Positions 27,208 to 42,985 of a stretch of DNA of 64,000 nt are shown here, in pieces. The stretch lies in assembly GCF_009914755.1 (NCBI RefSeq), contig NC_060935.1; one strand, 5' to 3'. The DNA comes from the human T2T-CHM13v2.0 reference genome, Homo sapiens. A model generated the notes under the pieces. That model worked only from the letters and a program-made list of their open reading frames with translations. It was not told the DNA's origin and did no database searches. The translations under genes and the position numbers were made by a program. Each line of letters begins with the position of its first letter. Positions within the stretch are counted from its first letter, which is position 1.

Positions 27208-30200
27208 GTAAGCAGGGCTCCAGAGCACTGGGTTTTTGGGCAGTGGTGAGTCTGAGTGGTACCTAGGCTGCTTCTGTCTGTCTTTGCGAAATCATCCTCA
27301 GGCAGGGGTTGTCGGGAAAAAACATAGGGGAAGGGGGCTGGTGGAAACGACCCCTGTTTTGTGTTCAGGTTACTGGGGTGCGCAGTGCATCAGGAGAGAC
27401 ACGGGTTCTCCTGACCCAGCAAAGAGTCCCTTAGGAAAAGCCTAGGAGGGACGTTTTGCTCTGAGAAATCCTGACACCAGGGTATGCTGGCCTGTGAAGG
27501 GCAGCTGATTTAGAGCAGGGAGGCCCGAGGGTCCTGCCTCCATCCCTGCTGCAGCTGGCGACCACCACAGCCTGAAGGAAAGCTGACCTGGGCCAGGTCC
27601 CGGAGGCACCGTGTCTCACTAGAGCCCTCAGCATCCCTGCAGGCTTCATGTGCCCATTTTCGGATAAGGAGGCGAAGGCCTAAGAGAGTTGGGAATCGCC
27701 TGGGGTCACTCAGCTCCTGATTGCCACTGGGCTCCACTGCCATGCAAACCTAAGGCACTGGCCTCCTCCTCCAGGAAGATTCCCTAACCCCAGTCCTACC
27801 CGACTCCCAACTCCAGCTTTCGGGGCTTGGGAGGTTGGTAAGTGGTGGCTGAATGCATTTCTACAGAGGTTCTGGGTGAGCAAGCAGGCCCATTCTGTCC
27901 TCTGCAGCCCCGTGTCTCAGCCTGTGCCAGCTTTGAGATGCCCACAGTGGGCAGCCTGTGCTGAGCCATCTCCCAGGCCTGGCCCCACGCCGGGCACTTA
28001 AGCCCCCATCCTTACCTGTGAGCTCCCACCTTGTAGGAGATGGGGCCAGGCACAGAGACAGCGCTGGAGGGAGTTCAGGAGGGCTTTCTGGAAGAGGTGT
28101 GAGGCCCTTCAGATGAGTTGACATGGGTGTGGGGGAGGCAGCATTTGTGGCAGAGAGACCAGGTGTAGAGACAGAGGGGCCTCTCCGTCCCACCTCGTAC
28201 CCCTGCTTGGGGCAGGCTCCCGGGGCCAGAATAGCGCCACCTCACCTGCAGCTGTACCCGCTTGGCACTGCCCTGTGTGCTCTGTGGGTAGGCAAGGGGC
28301 AAATGTGGACTGAAAAGGCAATTGTTTGACCAGTGAGGACAGAGGCCAGCCAGGTTGCGGGGCTCTGTGTGGCCCTTACCCGCCAGCGTGCTGATCCTGA
28401 AGATCAGACCTAGGATTCAGTACCGTGCCCCATCAGTAAGCAGAGCATTGGCTGGCATTGCCAAAGCCTTGCCAGCATCCTCCATGGAGAGCACCTCGAA
28501 GTATGGCCTGTGATTCCGGCTCAGGCACCTCCTGACCAAGGAGCAGCTGCTCGGGGGAGGCTGGAAACCTAGAGGAGGTTCAGAGGATGAAGGTAGAGCC
28601 GGGTCTCTGGCCTGCACAGAAGCACCCAGCAGGTTGGGCAGAGAGGGACTGAAGCACCAGCACCCAGCTCTGGGGTCTGCATGCTCCTCCCCTCTTCATC
28701 CTTATGGCGCCTCCGTCCTCTCCAGGCCCGAGCCCTGTCCCTACACAGCTCGGCAGCCTCCTCCCCTGCTCCGGAGGCTGCATTCGGGGCTGGTGTTCTC
28801 TCCAACAGTGCATAAGAGAATTCCCCATGAAGCCGAGGAAGCCGACAGGCTCAGGTTATCCTCCTGCTTGGCGCAGATATCCTGCAGCTGGGACTCAGGG
28901 TTTGGCTGAGCCTGTGTGGTTTGCGGGTGGGTGTGCACAGCAGAGCCGAGGTATGTATCAGGTGAGGTGAGGGAGGGGAGGCCTGGCCCACCCTCTGCAG
29001 CTCCTGCTCCAGCCTGGGCAGCTGGGCCGGGTCCTCTTGCCTCGGCTCACCAACACTGTATCTCATTCCTACCCTTCCGGAGACCCGGGACAGAGGCCGC
29101 CAGCTCTGAGCATGGGTGCCGGCAATGGTGAGAGTTGGAGCTTCTCCATTTAGATGCTTTGTGGACGGCCACCTCCCTCAAGACCCTCCTCACCCTGGAA
29201 TCTTATTGGGCAGCTCCGTGTCCTTAGCAGAGTTCCCTCCACAGAGGCCTCAGCCCCGAGGCACCTCGCTGCAGCCCCACCCGCTGTGTGCGCAGCTGGA
29301 AGGGCCTGGCTCTCATGAGCGCTTCCTCCACATGGTCGCCAGCAGCTCTGTTTCCTCATTTGGGACCCCTGGGCCTGTGCAGCCACTGAGACAGTATTTC
29401 AGGTGGTCCATAGCATGACCCACAAGTAAGTGTGACCCCTGTAGCACTGAGCCCCCTGAGCCACTAGAAGATTGTTCAGTGCCGCCTGCTGTGGTCAGCC
29501 CTGCTGCCCCGTGTACATTTCTATAGCGCCCCCGGGGCTCAGACTCCCGCTCTGCCAGTTCCCACCTCACTGCTCTAAACCTCAGCTTCCTCATCTGCAG
29601 AATGAGGCTGCATGAGGATCAGAGGCGACGGACATGAACTCTCAGCCGAGGCTTAGCACATAGCTTACTCTAAATAGGTGGTCACTGCCGTCTTACCACA
29701 TTGGAGCATGTGAGAACCAAAGAAAACCTATACGAGAGTGTGCGTGCGCCTGGTGTGTGGGAGGTACTCATCAGCCACGTGTACTGAGCACATGTGTCCC
29801 ACCTGCATGAGGATGTGCACGTGCCTGGTGTGTGGGAGCTACTCATCGGCCCATGTGTACTGAGCACAATGTGTATCCCACACTGTGCCGGGCCCCAGGG
29901 GAACCAAGGGAAGCAAACCTGATGTATCCGCTGCTCTAAAAGCTGCAGCGTAGGTTTCAAGAGAAGGCCCCATGGGAAGGGTGCGGGGCTGTGGCAGGAG
30001 CTCCAGGTGCAGGGACCAGGTGAGAGGGGTGTCAGAGCATCCGGAGAGGTCAGCAAGGACACGCTGAGAAGAACTTAGTGTGCTGGCTCAGAGGAATCAG
30101 AACCCAGTGCCATCAGCTGCTGTGTCAAAGATGCTTTCCTGTCTTATGCTCGAGTCGGAGACCGCAAGTCTAAGAGGGAGCTTGTGCAGTGATTAAGAGA

Positions 30201-31574
30201 GGGGTGACACAGTGGGGGCCCAGCTCCAGGAAGGGCACCTATGGGAAGGTGTGAGAGAAGCGATTGGGAGCCTCATGGCACCCTCCCTCCCTGGCCCTGG
30301 GGACCCTGATTTCATCCGTCTGTTTCCTCTTTCCCTGCTGAAATCCCTGGGAGGAATTCAGCCCTTAGACTCCCTGTAGCCACTTCTCCAAAGAAAAGGC
30401 CTCCGATGGAAAAGAGAGACTTTAGATTATTCCAAAGGACTCCACACTTTGTTTTAGCTCTCATGCTATTCCCATGAGTTAAGGAGACGCTGGCGGGCTT
30501 GGCCGAGCTGGTCTCATCTGACACACAGGGTTATGAATTACAGCTCCCACATTTAACCATGAATAAAAGGCTTTTAAGGGCCCTGGAGAAAGCAGCCACC
30601 ACGTCCTTCCACCCCACGCTCTGCCCATCCCTGGCATCACCTTAGGATCTGGGAGGGCACAGCCGTCTGAGAACCCCTGGCTGGTGTTCTTCTCTACAGC
30701 GGACTCCAAAGGCACCCACTTTTGTGGGACTCTCCAAACGTCCAGTAATTCCTGGGTCCACAGAACTGGGCCTCCCTCCTCTGCAGAGAAAGAAGGACGT
30801 GGTGTTTCATTTTCTCCTTCTCCAATTACAGGCATGCCCAGTAAGAGCACATTCCCAGGGGAAGGGAGGAGAGAGGCTGAAGGAGCCCGGATGAAGAAAG
30901 AAGCCGTCTTGGGCTGTAATGATCCCATTTCGAGCTTAACACGCCGGGCGATAAGAGGTCTCTGTGATAAGCGCCTGTTGCGGCTCTTGTTTTGGGAGCC
31001 CAAAGCGCTACGTGGCATTCTGGTCACTGCAAATTCCTTCTTCTGAGTGCCAGAGCATCACCCAGTCACGCCTTCCAGGTCACCTGTGGGAGTGCCTACT
31101 GGGCAGGCATGGGTGCCGCAGCCACAGAACGAGCCCCTCCCCCCAGACCTCCCTCCTTCTGGGAGTTCCTGCTGCAAGGTCGTCCTTTGAGAGGATGCAG
31201 GCAGCGCAGATTGGTCAACACCCTGGTTGTTTGGGGAGAAACCCTCAAGGGTCTGGTCCCTCATGCGTTGGGCTGGCTAGCAGCCCTGTGGCCCCCAGGC
31301 CTGTGGACCCTCCAAGACTAGAGCGTCCAGGGCTGGCTGACCCTGCTGGAGGCTCTAGACCTGGGCCTGATTCCCAGGGGGCAGCAGCTCTGGGCTTGTC
31401 GGTCCCCTGTGGTTCTCAAACTCGGTCCCACAGGCCTCTGCAGGAACCCGCACCAGTCAAGAGGTTTAAGTGCAAGGGAGGGATGCCTGGGTACAGCATG
31501 GATGTTGGCATCTCGTCTTAGGTGCCCATGACCCTGAGAGTGAGTGTCGTGGGACCTGCAGCACCAGCACCTCC

Positions 31575-31725
<151 letters not shown>

Positions 31726-31934
31726 ATCACAGCTGAAGGTAGGTGAGCCTTATTTTGTGCCAGGCACTGTCATGAGCATCTCCCGCGTGCTGACTCACTA
31801 ACTCCCCCCGAAGGAGGTAAATAGCTCTATGACCCCATCTGGCAGATGAACAAACTAGGGCAACCTTCCCAAACTTACACCCGCTCGTAAGCAGGGCTTG
31901 AACCCCAGAATTCTGGTTTCTGAGCCCCAAATAC

Positions 31935-33022
<1,088 letters not shown>

Positions 33023-33317
33023 TGAGCCCCAAATACCTGACTCTAGGCCCTACTCCGCGGGCATTACTAACTGGCTCCGGCTGGCGTGTGTGCTGAACAC
33101 GTGCCTTGCTTGTTCCTGACTGGATTACCTCCAAGTTTTTCTCTCACCTAGAGTAGTTTCCCCGTCTGACTCCACAAAAATACACCTCCTTCCCTTTGGG
33201 AGCTGCGCTGAGGACTGCCTCCGTGCCAGGCCCCGGGCTAAGGGCTCTACACCGGCTCTCTCTGTAACCCCACAGCAGACCAAGGCTCTGTTCTTTTCTC
33301 TGTTGAAGACGCTAAAG

Positions 33318-34180
<863 letters not shown>

Positions 34181-35850
34181 GAAGCACAGAGAGGGTAAGC
34201 GACTTGCCCAAAATCACACAGCTAACAGGTCCCTAACAGACGTCTCAGATGCGCACCCCGGCCCATCTGCCTCCAAGGTTTCAGCACGTGCCCTGGTCCC
34301 ACCTCTCTGTCCAAACGTTCCCTCATGCAGGGCCCTCTTGGGGTAGCAGGAATGTACCGTAAGCCAGTAGCAGGGGACATGTAGGCGTAGTGCTACTGAG
34401 CGCGCCGTCCCCCATGGGCTGTGGCCGTTCATTTGGTGGCCCTGTTTCGAGAAGCCAGCTTGCCTGTTTTGCAGTTCTTCACTGCACACCTAGTGCCTTG
34501 CGCCCCAAGAGCTGCGGGCCAGCCCCTTCGTAGCAGATGGCTACATTCCCCCGACTCTGGGAGTGGGGGACTCTGTGCCTGCTGACCCCGCGGGAGGCTT
34601 TGCTGCTTGTCTCACCCCTCCCTAGCTCCACTTCAGCCCTGGGAGACAACAAATGTGCCCCGACTGTCAAATACAGTCAAGTACAAGTTCCGTCTGCACG
34701 CTCCCATTTTGAGCGGGGGCGGGGGGAATTCACAAAAAAGCCAGGCCACTCCCACGAAGCATTTGCTTTAGAGAAAAGGAGCTTATTCTAAATCAAGACA
34801 GGAGCAACAGGAAAGAACCTACTGCGGCTGAGAGGTGTGAGCGGAGAGGGGAGGGACAAAGCCCCCATCCCGGGCCCTTTTCACACTGGCTGTCAAGGGT
34901 AATTACCAGGGATCTCTCCTTGTGTGTTTTTTAATCCCTTATTCAATTATTTGTTCTTTACCCTCTAAGGGATTATTTTTCCTCTGGTGTTTCTTCTCCG
35001 CTTGTGTCCTTTCTTTTCCGGCCTCCAGCTGTTCACATTTCTGCTCCTACAATGGCAAAGAGACAGAAACCTGTTACTGCCTGGCAGCCGGGAGCCTGGT
35101 CGTGGCCACCCGCCCGCCGGGGTGTGGGGGTCCGTATTCACGGTGGATGAATCACCTCCAGCCTGCTGTTTTAATCTTTGCTTCCACTGCACCGTGGGGT
35201 CCAGCTTTCCTGGAGCTGACACGTTGGTCCCAGAGACTTCAGCTTGCTGCTGTCTGGAATTTCTGACATTTGAAAGCCTCAAATAAGATGTCTCATTAAG
35301 CAGCCTTGAGCCCTATTTAGCTATTCACTTGGATCCATTTTCTGAAATTATAGCATAATAATGGGGTTTTAACTGCTTGTCAGTTCCACGAAGAACAAAG
35401 GAGTTTATCTGATTTGAGCCTGGCTGCAAAAAGCCGGAGAAAGATGGTCCCAACTTTAATGAAATGCCAGAGATGGAACTGGAACCCCTCCCAGGGGCTG
35501 GGCCTGAGATTTTACATGGAGTTGACAAGTCACCCAGCTGAGTCACTCCCAGCTAGGTGGGGACGAAGGGGATGCACTGTGATCGTCTGCGGGAACTAAA
35601 CTTGTTCCAGGGATAAATAGGTAGGGTGCCCGGTGACTCAGAGCGAAAGAGAAGGCTGGAGGCCTTTGTGTCCCACCCATCTCTGCCGAGCACTCTCGTG
35701 CAGGACCAGAGCCCTGCCCCCGCCCCGCCACTCCCCAGGAGACCCCTCTCTAACCTCTAGTTCATGGAAATGGAGTCTGCACTAAGCAAACATTGCACTT
35801 CTCGGGAACTGGAGGTTAGCAAAGGGTGGTTTCTATTCCCAGGGGGTGGG

Positions 35851-36212
35851 TGTCTTAGTCTGCTCCAGCTGCCATAACCAAATACCACGGACAGGTGCCT
35901 GCAACAACAGGCATGCATTTCCCACAGTTCTGAGTATGGAGAAGTCCAAGATCAAGGTGCCAGCTGATTTGGCCCACGCCTTGGCTTTCAGACAGCCACC
36001 TTCTCCCTGTGTCCTCAGGTGGCAAAGGGAGAGACAGGAAGCCCGTTCTCTGTTGTCTCCTCTTCCAAGGGTACGAATCCCATCACGAGGACCCCACCCT
36101 CATGACCTCAGCTAAACCCGATCAACCCCCAAAGGCCCCATCTTCAAATACCATCACCTGGGGGGTCAGGGCTTCCATGTGAATTTGAGAGGATGCAAGT
36201 CAGGCCAGAGCA
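35851..36212 (-). mobile_element. MLT1 (MaLR) LTR
   Basis: tgtcttagtctgctccagctgccataac...aagtccaagatcaaggtgccagc. Confidence 0.8.
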
Positions 36213-36744
36213 GGGGGTCACATTTCAAGAAGGGAAATGGATAGGGACCCCACATGCACAGTCCAAGCAGGATGCACCCCTGCTCTGTGGTCATGTGTGA
36301 CTGTGCCCTGCCTGCTTCCCAGAGCTGGTGGGCTCAGGGGTGGAGGGCAGAGGCTTGGAAGACGCGACCCCTGCCCGTGAGGAGCATGGATCTCACTGGG
36401 GAGATGGGGCTGTCCACTGGGCAGCTACAGAGCGGGTTGCAGCTCGCTCAGGGGAACCAAGAGAGTGTCAGATGAAGCACCTGAGATTGTGCCCTGGTTT
36501 GGGCAACAGCATCTCAGGGGAGAGAGAGCTCAGAAAGGGAGTCCGCCAGCCAGCTAAGGAGGTGCCGCGAAATTAGGGAAATTGGAGTGAAGCCTGAGTA
36601 GTAGAGACATTGGCATAAGTTGAGGCGGGGTGGGATGCAGCCTGGGAGGAGAGGCAGCTAACCTGATGGATGGAGGGATGGTTGGAGAAGGACGGCAGAA
36701 AGACGGAGGGGTCGGTACTTCCAGATGCCTGCTGGCAGCCTACG

Positions 36745-36870
36745 GAGCTTGTTCAGAATGCAGATTCCGGGGACCCTGGGTGACTCTGTAGGTCAGAGAT
36801 CTGCATTTTAACAAGCTCCCTGGGGAGATTCAGAAACACCCCAGATTCCCAGACCCACACTGAGAAATCC
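36745..36870. mobile_element. MER5-like DNA transposon relic
   Basis: aatgcagattcc...atctgcattttaacaagctccc. Confidence 0.55.
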
Positions 36871-37009
36871 CGGATGAAATGGACAGATTGCCCCCCGCCA
36901 CAGGTAACCACACATGTGTGTGTCCCTCCGGCCCATTCTCCTGTGATTCCTCCAAGATGTGGCAGGTGCACATTAACACATAAGGGGAATCTACGCTCAT
37001 CATTCTATC

Positions 37010-37400
37010 ACTAGCTTTTTGTAAATTGCAGTGAAATTCACACAACATAAAATTAACCATTTTAGGTGCACAATTCAGTGGCATTTAGCACATGTTATGC
37101 ATCCACGCCTCTGTCTAATTCCAGAACATTTTCATGACCTCAAAGGGAAACCCTATCCCCATGAAGCAGTCGGTCCCCCTTTCCCCCAACCCCAGCCCCT
37201 GGCAACTACCAATCTGCTTTCTGTCTCTCTGGATTTACCTGAATCAATGGATTCAGATTTCAGGGGGGCTGGGCTCCTCCACTGCTCCAGAGCAGCTACA
37301 TAAAAATTTACCATAAATATTTATATTTATTTATATATATTTACCATAAATATTCTGGGTATTTTATACAAACGGGGTGGTACAAAATGTAGCCTCTGTC
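37010..37400 (-). mobile_element. Old L1M 3'-end fragment with an internal insertion
   Basis: cagcccctggcaactaccaatctgctttctgtctct is a typical L1M motif. Confidence 0.75.
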
Positions 37401-37485
37401 CTGTGCTGAGCCTCTCAAGGGGACACGTGGAGATCCCTGCGACCGAGCTGGGCCGTAAGAGCAGTCCTCTGTCAAGCCCTTAGAG

Positions 37486-37595
37486 ATGCGGGCCCTGCCC
37501 TGAGCACCGCTTGTGGATGAAGTCAGGGACACCCTGTGATATGCGGGCCCTGCCCTGAGCACCGCTTGTGGATGAAGTCAGGGACACCCTGTGAT
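37486..37595. repeat. Perfect 55-bp tandem duplication
   Basis: 37486-37540 is identical to 37541-37595. Confidence 0.95.
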
Positions 37596-38846
37596 AGACC
37601 CTCTCAGGCAGGCACTGGTAACAAGCCCATTTCTCAGATGTGGAGACTGAGGTTGGCAGCAGTGTGGTCAGCTGCCCATGCTCACCCTGATGAGATCCCA
37701 TGTAGACCTAGAGTCTTTCGCTCAACTGCTGCCTCTGGACGCCTCTATGAGGAGTTTGTGTGACTCTGTGCTGTGAAAATCAATGTGGGAAGGGACCATA
37801 GCCCAACTATCCGCTCCCGCCAGGCCTGGCTTCTCGCTCGCTGCCACCCTCTGTGCTGTGTGCTGTGGTGACTCCTGGACTCCAGATTTCAGGGGGATGG
37901 GCTTGTCCCTTTGGCCACCTCGTAAGGCTGCTGCACTCAAGGCTGTTTCTTCATTGTACACTCATGTGGGTGGGAAGCCCCGTCCCTAATGCCAGCCTAT
38001 CTGGGCATCAGAAGGCCTGGGTCCAGGTTTCTGCCCTTACTTGATGAGTCCCCTGACGTCTCAGAACCTCAGCTATGTGTCTATAAAATGGAGTGCGTCG
38101 TCCCTGCGTGGAGGGGGCCGGGGCAGGATCCGAGGGGATCAGGCGTGGGAAAGCACCGTGTCCAGCGCCTGGCAGCAGCTGGGTATTATACAACATTTGT
38201 ATGAGGTGGTTGGCACATTGGCAAGGAGGACCAGGATTGGGACCCTCGGAGGGCAGGAATCGGAACTCGTGTGGGTGAGGAGGGAGGGCTCAGGAGCAGG
38301 AGAATTACTTGAGGAGGATGGAGCTCAGGGTTCTTCCTGCCTTCGCTCACTCCACTAGAAGGTGGTTCTTCACACTGCTCACAATGCCAGCTTTGAGGAC
38401 TGGCCACCAGGCGCAGCACGAGCCTTCACATTCCTTTCCTGCTGGTGAAGCCTGGACTCCACAGCTCCACCCCCACGCTCACTGCCCACAAAAGCCAGAC
38501 AATAGGGCATGGTGGGGTCTGTGGCCAAGTGGAAAGGTATGCCCAAGTTTTGACAAAGGGATGATCATTGCTTAGCTCCAGCCTTCCGCTGCCAATGCTT
38601 CTGGCTTTTAAAGGAGAAGCAGGAAATGCATAATTTTTATGTCAAATGTCTTTATTTTTTAAACGTGTCTGAGCCAAACAAGCCACATCTTTGTAACATC
38701 TTCACCCTCCACCCCACCCCCAGCCGCCAGGTTACATTCTAGGCTCCAGTCTGGGTCCTGGCCAATCTACAGACACCTCCAGGACAGGGCCTTTGCTTCT
38801 ACCTGAAGACACAGTACAAATTTTAGAGCAAGAATACCACGGTTCA

Positions 38847-39206
<360 letters not shown>

Positions 39207-39706
39207 TTAGGCAAGTTACTTAACCTCTCTGTGCCCCCATTTCCTCATCCATAAGATGGTATGCTTTAATAATCAGATTTGTGACGCTACAGCTATTATT
39301 TTCTTAAGGAAAGTTAAATATCTGCACAGAGAGTTGGTCCAGTATCGTGGTTCTGTGAAGACTCTGGAGTCAAAGAGAATGAGGTTCAAATCCAATGGCT
39401 GCTGCTCCCCTGCAGCTGACCTTGGGCACAGCACTCAGGCCTCTGAATCTCAGTTTTGTAAATGGTCTCCAGTTTGTAAATCTATGAACGGGAATCCTCC
39501 TTCCTGCCTGCGGTCGTTGTGAGGATGAGATTGACTGATATGTGTAAAATGCTAGTGCACGGATACCTCCTCGTGAACTGGTGACTGTTGTTATGCTGCA
39601 AGCTGGCCAGTGCAGAGAGGGCGAGCCGGAGCGGTAGTGGGGTGAGTGTCATAATGGAGGCCAAGTCTGGGAAAGAGGAGGAGCTGGGGAGGCCGGGACA
39701 GGGAAG

Positions 39707-40267
39707 GTGCGTGAGTCAGGGTTCTCTGGAAAGACAGAACTAATAGGATATTGTACATATGAAAGGGAGTTTATTCAGGAGAATCGACTACTCACATGAT
39801 CACAAGGTCAAGCCCCACAATAGGCTGTCTGCAAGTGGAGGAGAAGGGAAATCAGTAGTGGATCAGTCTGAGTCCCAAAACCCCAAAAGTAGGAAAGCCG
39901 ACAGTGCAGCCTTCAGTCTATGGTTGAAGGCGTGAGAGCCCCCAACAAACCACCAGTGTAAGTCCAAGAGTCCAAAAGCCGAGGAACTCAGAGTCTGATG
40001 TTCAAGGGCAGGAAGCATCCAACATGGGAGAAAGATGAAGGCCGGAAGACTCAGCAAGTGTGCTCTTCCACCTTCCCCTGCCTGCTTTTTCTAGCCACAC
40101 TGGCAGCAGAGGGGATGGTGCCCACCCAGATGAAGGGTGGGTCTGCCTCTCCCCCTCCACTGACTCAAATGTTAATCTCCTGTAGCAACACCTTCACAGA
40201 CACACCCAGAAACAACACTTTGCATCCTTCAATCCAATCAAGTTGACACTCAATACAAACCATCACA
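39707..40267 (-). mobile_element. MLT2 (ERVL) LTR
   Basis: agtcagggttctct...gacagaactaatagga...caatccaatcaagttgacactcaat...ccatcaca. Confidence 0.85.
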
Positions 40268-41439
40268 GCGGGTAAACAGGCCAACTCTGCAGGTGTGCGT
40301 GGAGCAGCCCTCCCGGGCAGTGCTCGGCCCCAGAAAGCGTCGTAAAAGGGCGTTGTTGGCCTGGGCGGGCAGAGGAGGACAGAAAGAGGCAGCTCTCACA
40401 GCACAGTGGAGGAGACATCGGGGGCCTTGCAGACCAGGCAGAGACCAGGGAATGGATGGCCTCCTCCACTGCTCCAGAGCAGCTACAGGGGCCAAAGGAC
40501 ATCTTCAAGGAGGCAGAGACCTCCCCGCATTGCCTCCTGGGGAGGGTGCCCACCGCAGACAGGCTGCTCCCACCGTCTGCCTCCTGAGGGTCAGGGGCCC
40601 TGGGGGTTGGGGGCCTCCTGCTGGGCCCCCTGTGGCCCTCCTCACCAGCCATGGTGCTCAGTGCGTGTCTGCTGAGTGGCTGGGTTTCCAGCAGGTGTTT
40701 CAGCGATAGCCATTCCCTCACCTGCTCAGCTCTGCATCATGGGGAGGCGCGTTCCCCAGGCTCCTGGCTCTCCCTCTTCCCAGTAGGTTCAGCCAGTGGG
40801 AAGCCCTTTTGGGAAATCAGAAGGTGGGAGGAAGGGAGCAGCAGAGATATTGCTCCCCATCTCCCTCCACTTCCTGGGACATCCCCAGCAATGACTGTGT
40901 CTTCTCCAGACTCTGACTTCCCCTGGGAAGCCCTTCCTCCGTGATCCCAGCTTCTTCTGGGCAGCTCCAATTTCTGGCTCCAGCATTGGCGCTGAGCACC
41001 TCCTACTGTCCTGCCATCCTGAAACGGATGCCAGCTCCTGCTGTGGGTCATCTCTGGGTGGTCCCACCATCCCCCGTGTGGCTTCTCAGCTTTTCCATTG
41101 CCTGTGCGAGCAAGTCTCAGGATTAAGTTACTCCGCTATGAAAAGACCTGGGGTCGGCGGGGGGTTCCTATTTCCAGGCTGGGCCGGCCGATACAGTAGC
41201 CATCCTAGACAAACCCGTGCATCCTTGGAAGCCCTATTCGCACCTCGCCTTAAAGGGAATGGGATGTGTTATGCATAGACTCACGACCTCTGAACCAGGT
41301 TCACACCCATGACTTTCGTTCTTTCCTGCCACACGCTGCCTTCAGTTAAGGGCCACATTTGTGAATTCACTCTGCACGGTCACCGTCGCACAGCCCATTT
41401 TATTTGCACGTCAGTGCTGCTGCTTCTCGGAGAAGCCAT

Positions 41440-41680
41440 TTGATCCCTCTGAGCCTCAGTTTCCCCCTCTGTAAAATGGAGGGGATGGGAATAGCGCCTA
41501 CCTCCTATGATCACCGTGAGGCTTAAATCACACTGATACTTCCTCACTGATACTCCCAGTCTGATTATTAGAGGGCACCATTTTATGGATGAGGAAACAG
41601 AGGCACAGAGAGGCTAAATAACTTGCCCAAGGTCACAGAGCTCAGTGGCTGGTATTGAACTCTGGTATTATTGCCCTAAA
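41440..41680. mobile_element. MIR fragments
   Basis: gagcctcagtttcc...ctgtaaaatgg and gaggaaacagaggcacagagagg...acttgcccaaggtcacag cores. Confidence 0.75.
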
Positions 41681-42509
41681 ATTTGTACTAAGCATCTTCA
41701 GACAGAGGCAACGGCCCTGTCCTGGAGGGGTCTGTAGATTGACCAGCTCCCAACAGTGCCTGGCAAGGAACAGCTCGAGAATCGTGAGCTCTGAGAAACT
41801 CTGTGGCCTTCCTATTCCTCTGCCCCTCAGCCTCTGCTGATTTTCTTCTGCAGGGAGAAGCGTTCAGGATAAACAGTTCAGCCAAGGGCATCTCCTTTTG
41901 CAAGCTGTGTGCTCACAAAAGTTGCTCATTCGGTGCCCACTCGAGCACCTGTCTGTCCCAGGCACCTCTGGGAACTGGGGGCCCAGGGGAACGAGGCCCC
42001 ATCCCTGCCTCACATACAAGTCACGGGACGGGGATCCTGATGGAAGGCAGCACTGACACCGTGGGCAAGACAGATGCAGGCTGAAGAAGGTCCCGAGAGG
42101 AGCTGGGTTTTTCTCACATTGAGGGGGATGATCTGTGGCTTCCTGAAGGAGGCGGCATTTGAACCATGCTCTGTCTGTTGGGAATATGAAGCTGAATGCA
42201 GCAGCTGCCAGTGCGATTCAGCAGGCAGACCCCTGGGGTGGTTTGAAGCCCGAGTGAGTGAGTGGCCTGGGCTCAACCCTCGTTCCTCCTGACCTCCGAA
42301 CCGGGGCCCCCGAGAGCAATGGGGGAGGATGGTTGAGGCACGGGCTCTCAGACCATGCTGCCCATCCCTCACTGACTAGCTGGGTAACCTCGGTCGGGAC
42401 TTGAGTGTCCTATGCCTCAGTTTCCTCATCTGTAAAATGGGAGAATGACGGCTCTTGCCTCACAGGATTGGCGGGAGGGCTGAACACGTGAATTCACATG
42501 AAGTTCTCA

Positions 42510-42863
<354 letters not shown>

Positions 42864-42902
42864 TTATGTCATCAGAGACTCTGGTTTTGCCCCTGCCCGC
42901 AG

Positions 42903-42985
42903 CTGCCACCTTCATGGAGCACTGGAAGCGGAAACAGATGCGACTCAACTACCGCTGGGACCTCACGGGCTTTGAAGAGGAAGAG
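42903..42985 (+). CDS. ANO1: ANO1 exon 12, (A)[27 protein letters not shown]
   Basis: ccgcag|CTGCC...GAAGAG|gtcagt; 83 nt. Confidence 0.97.
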
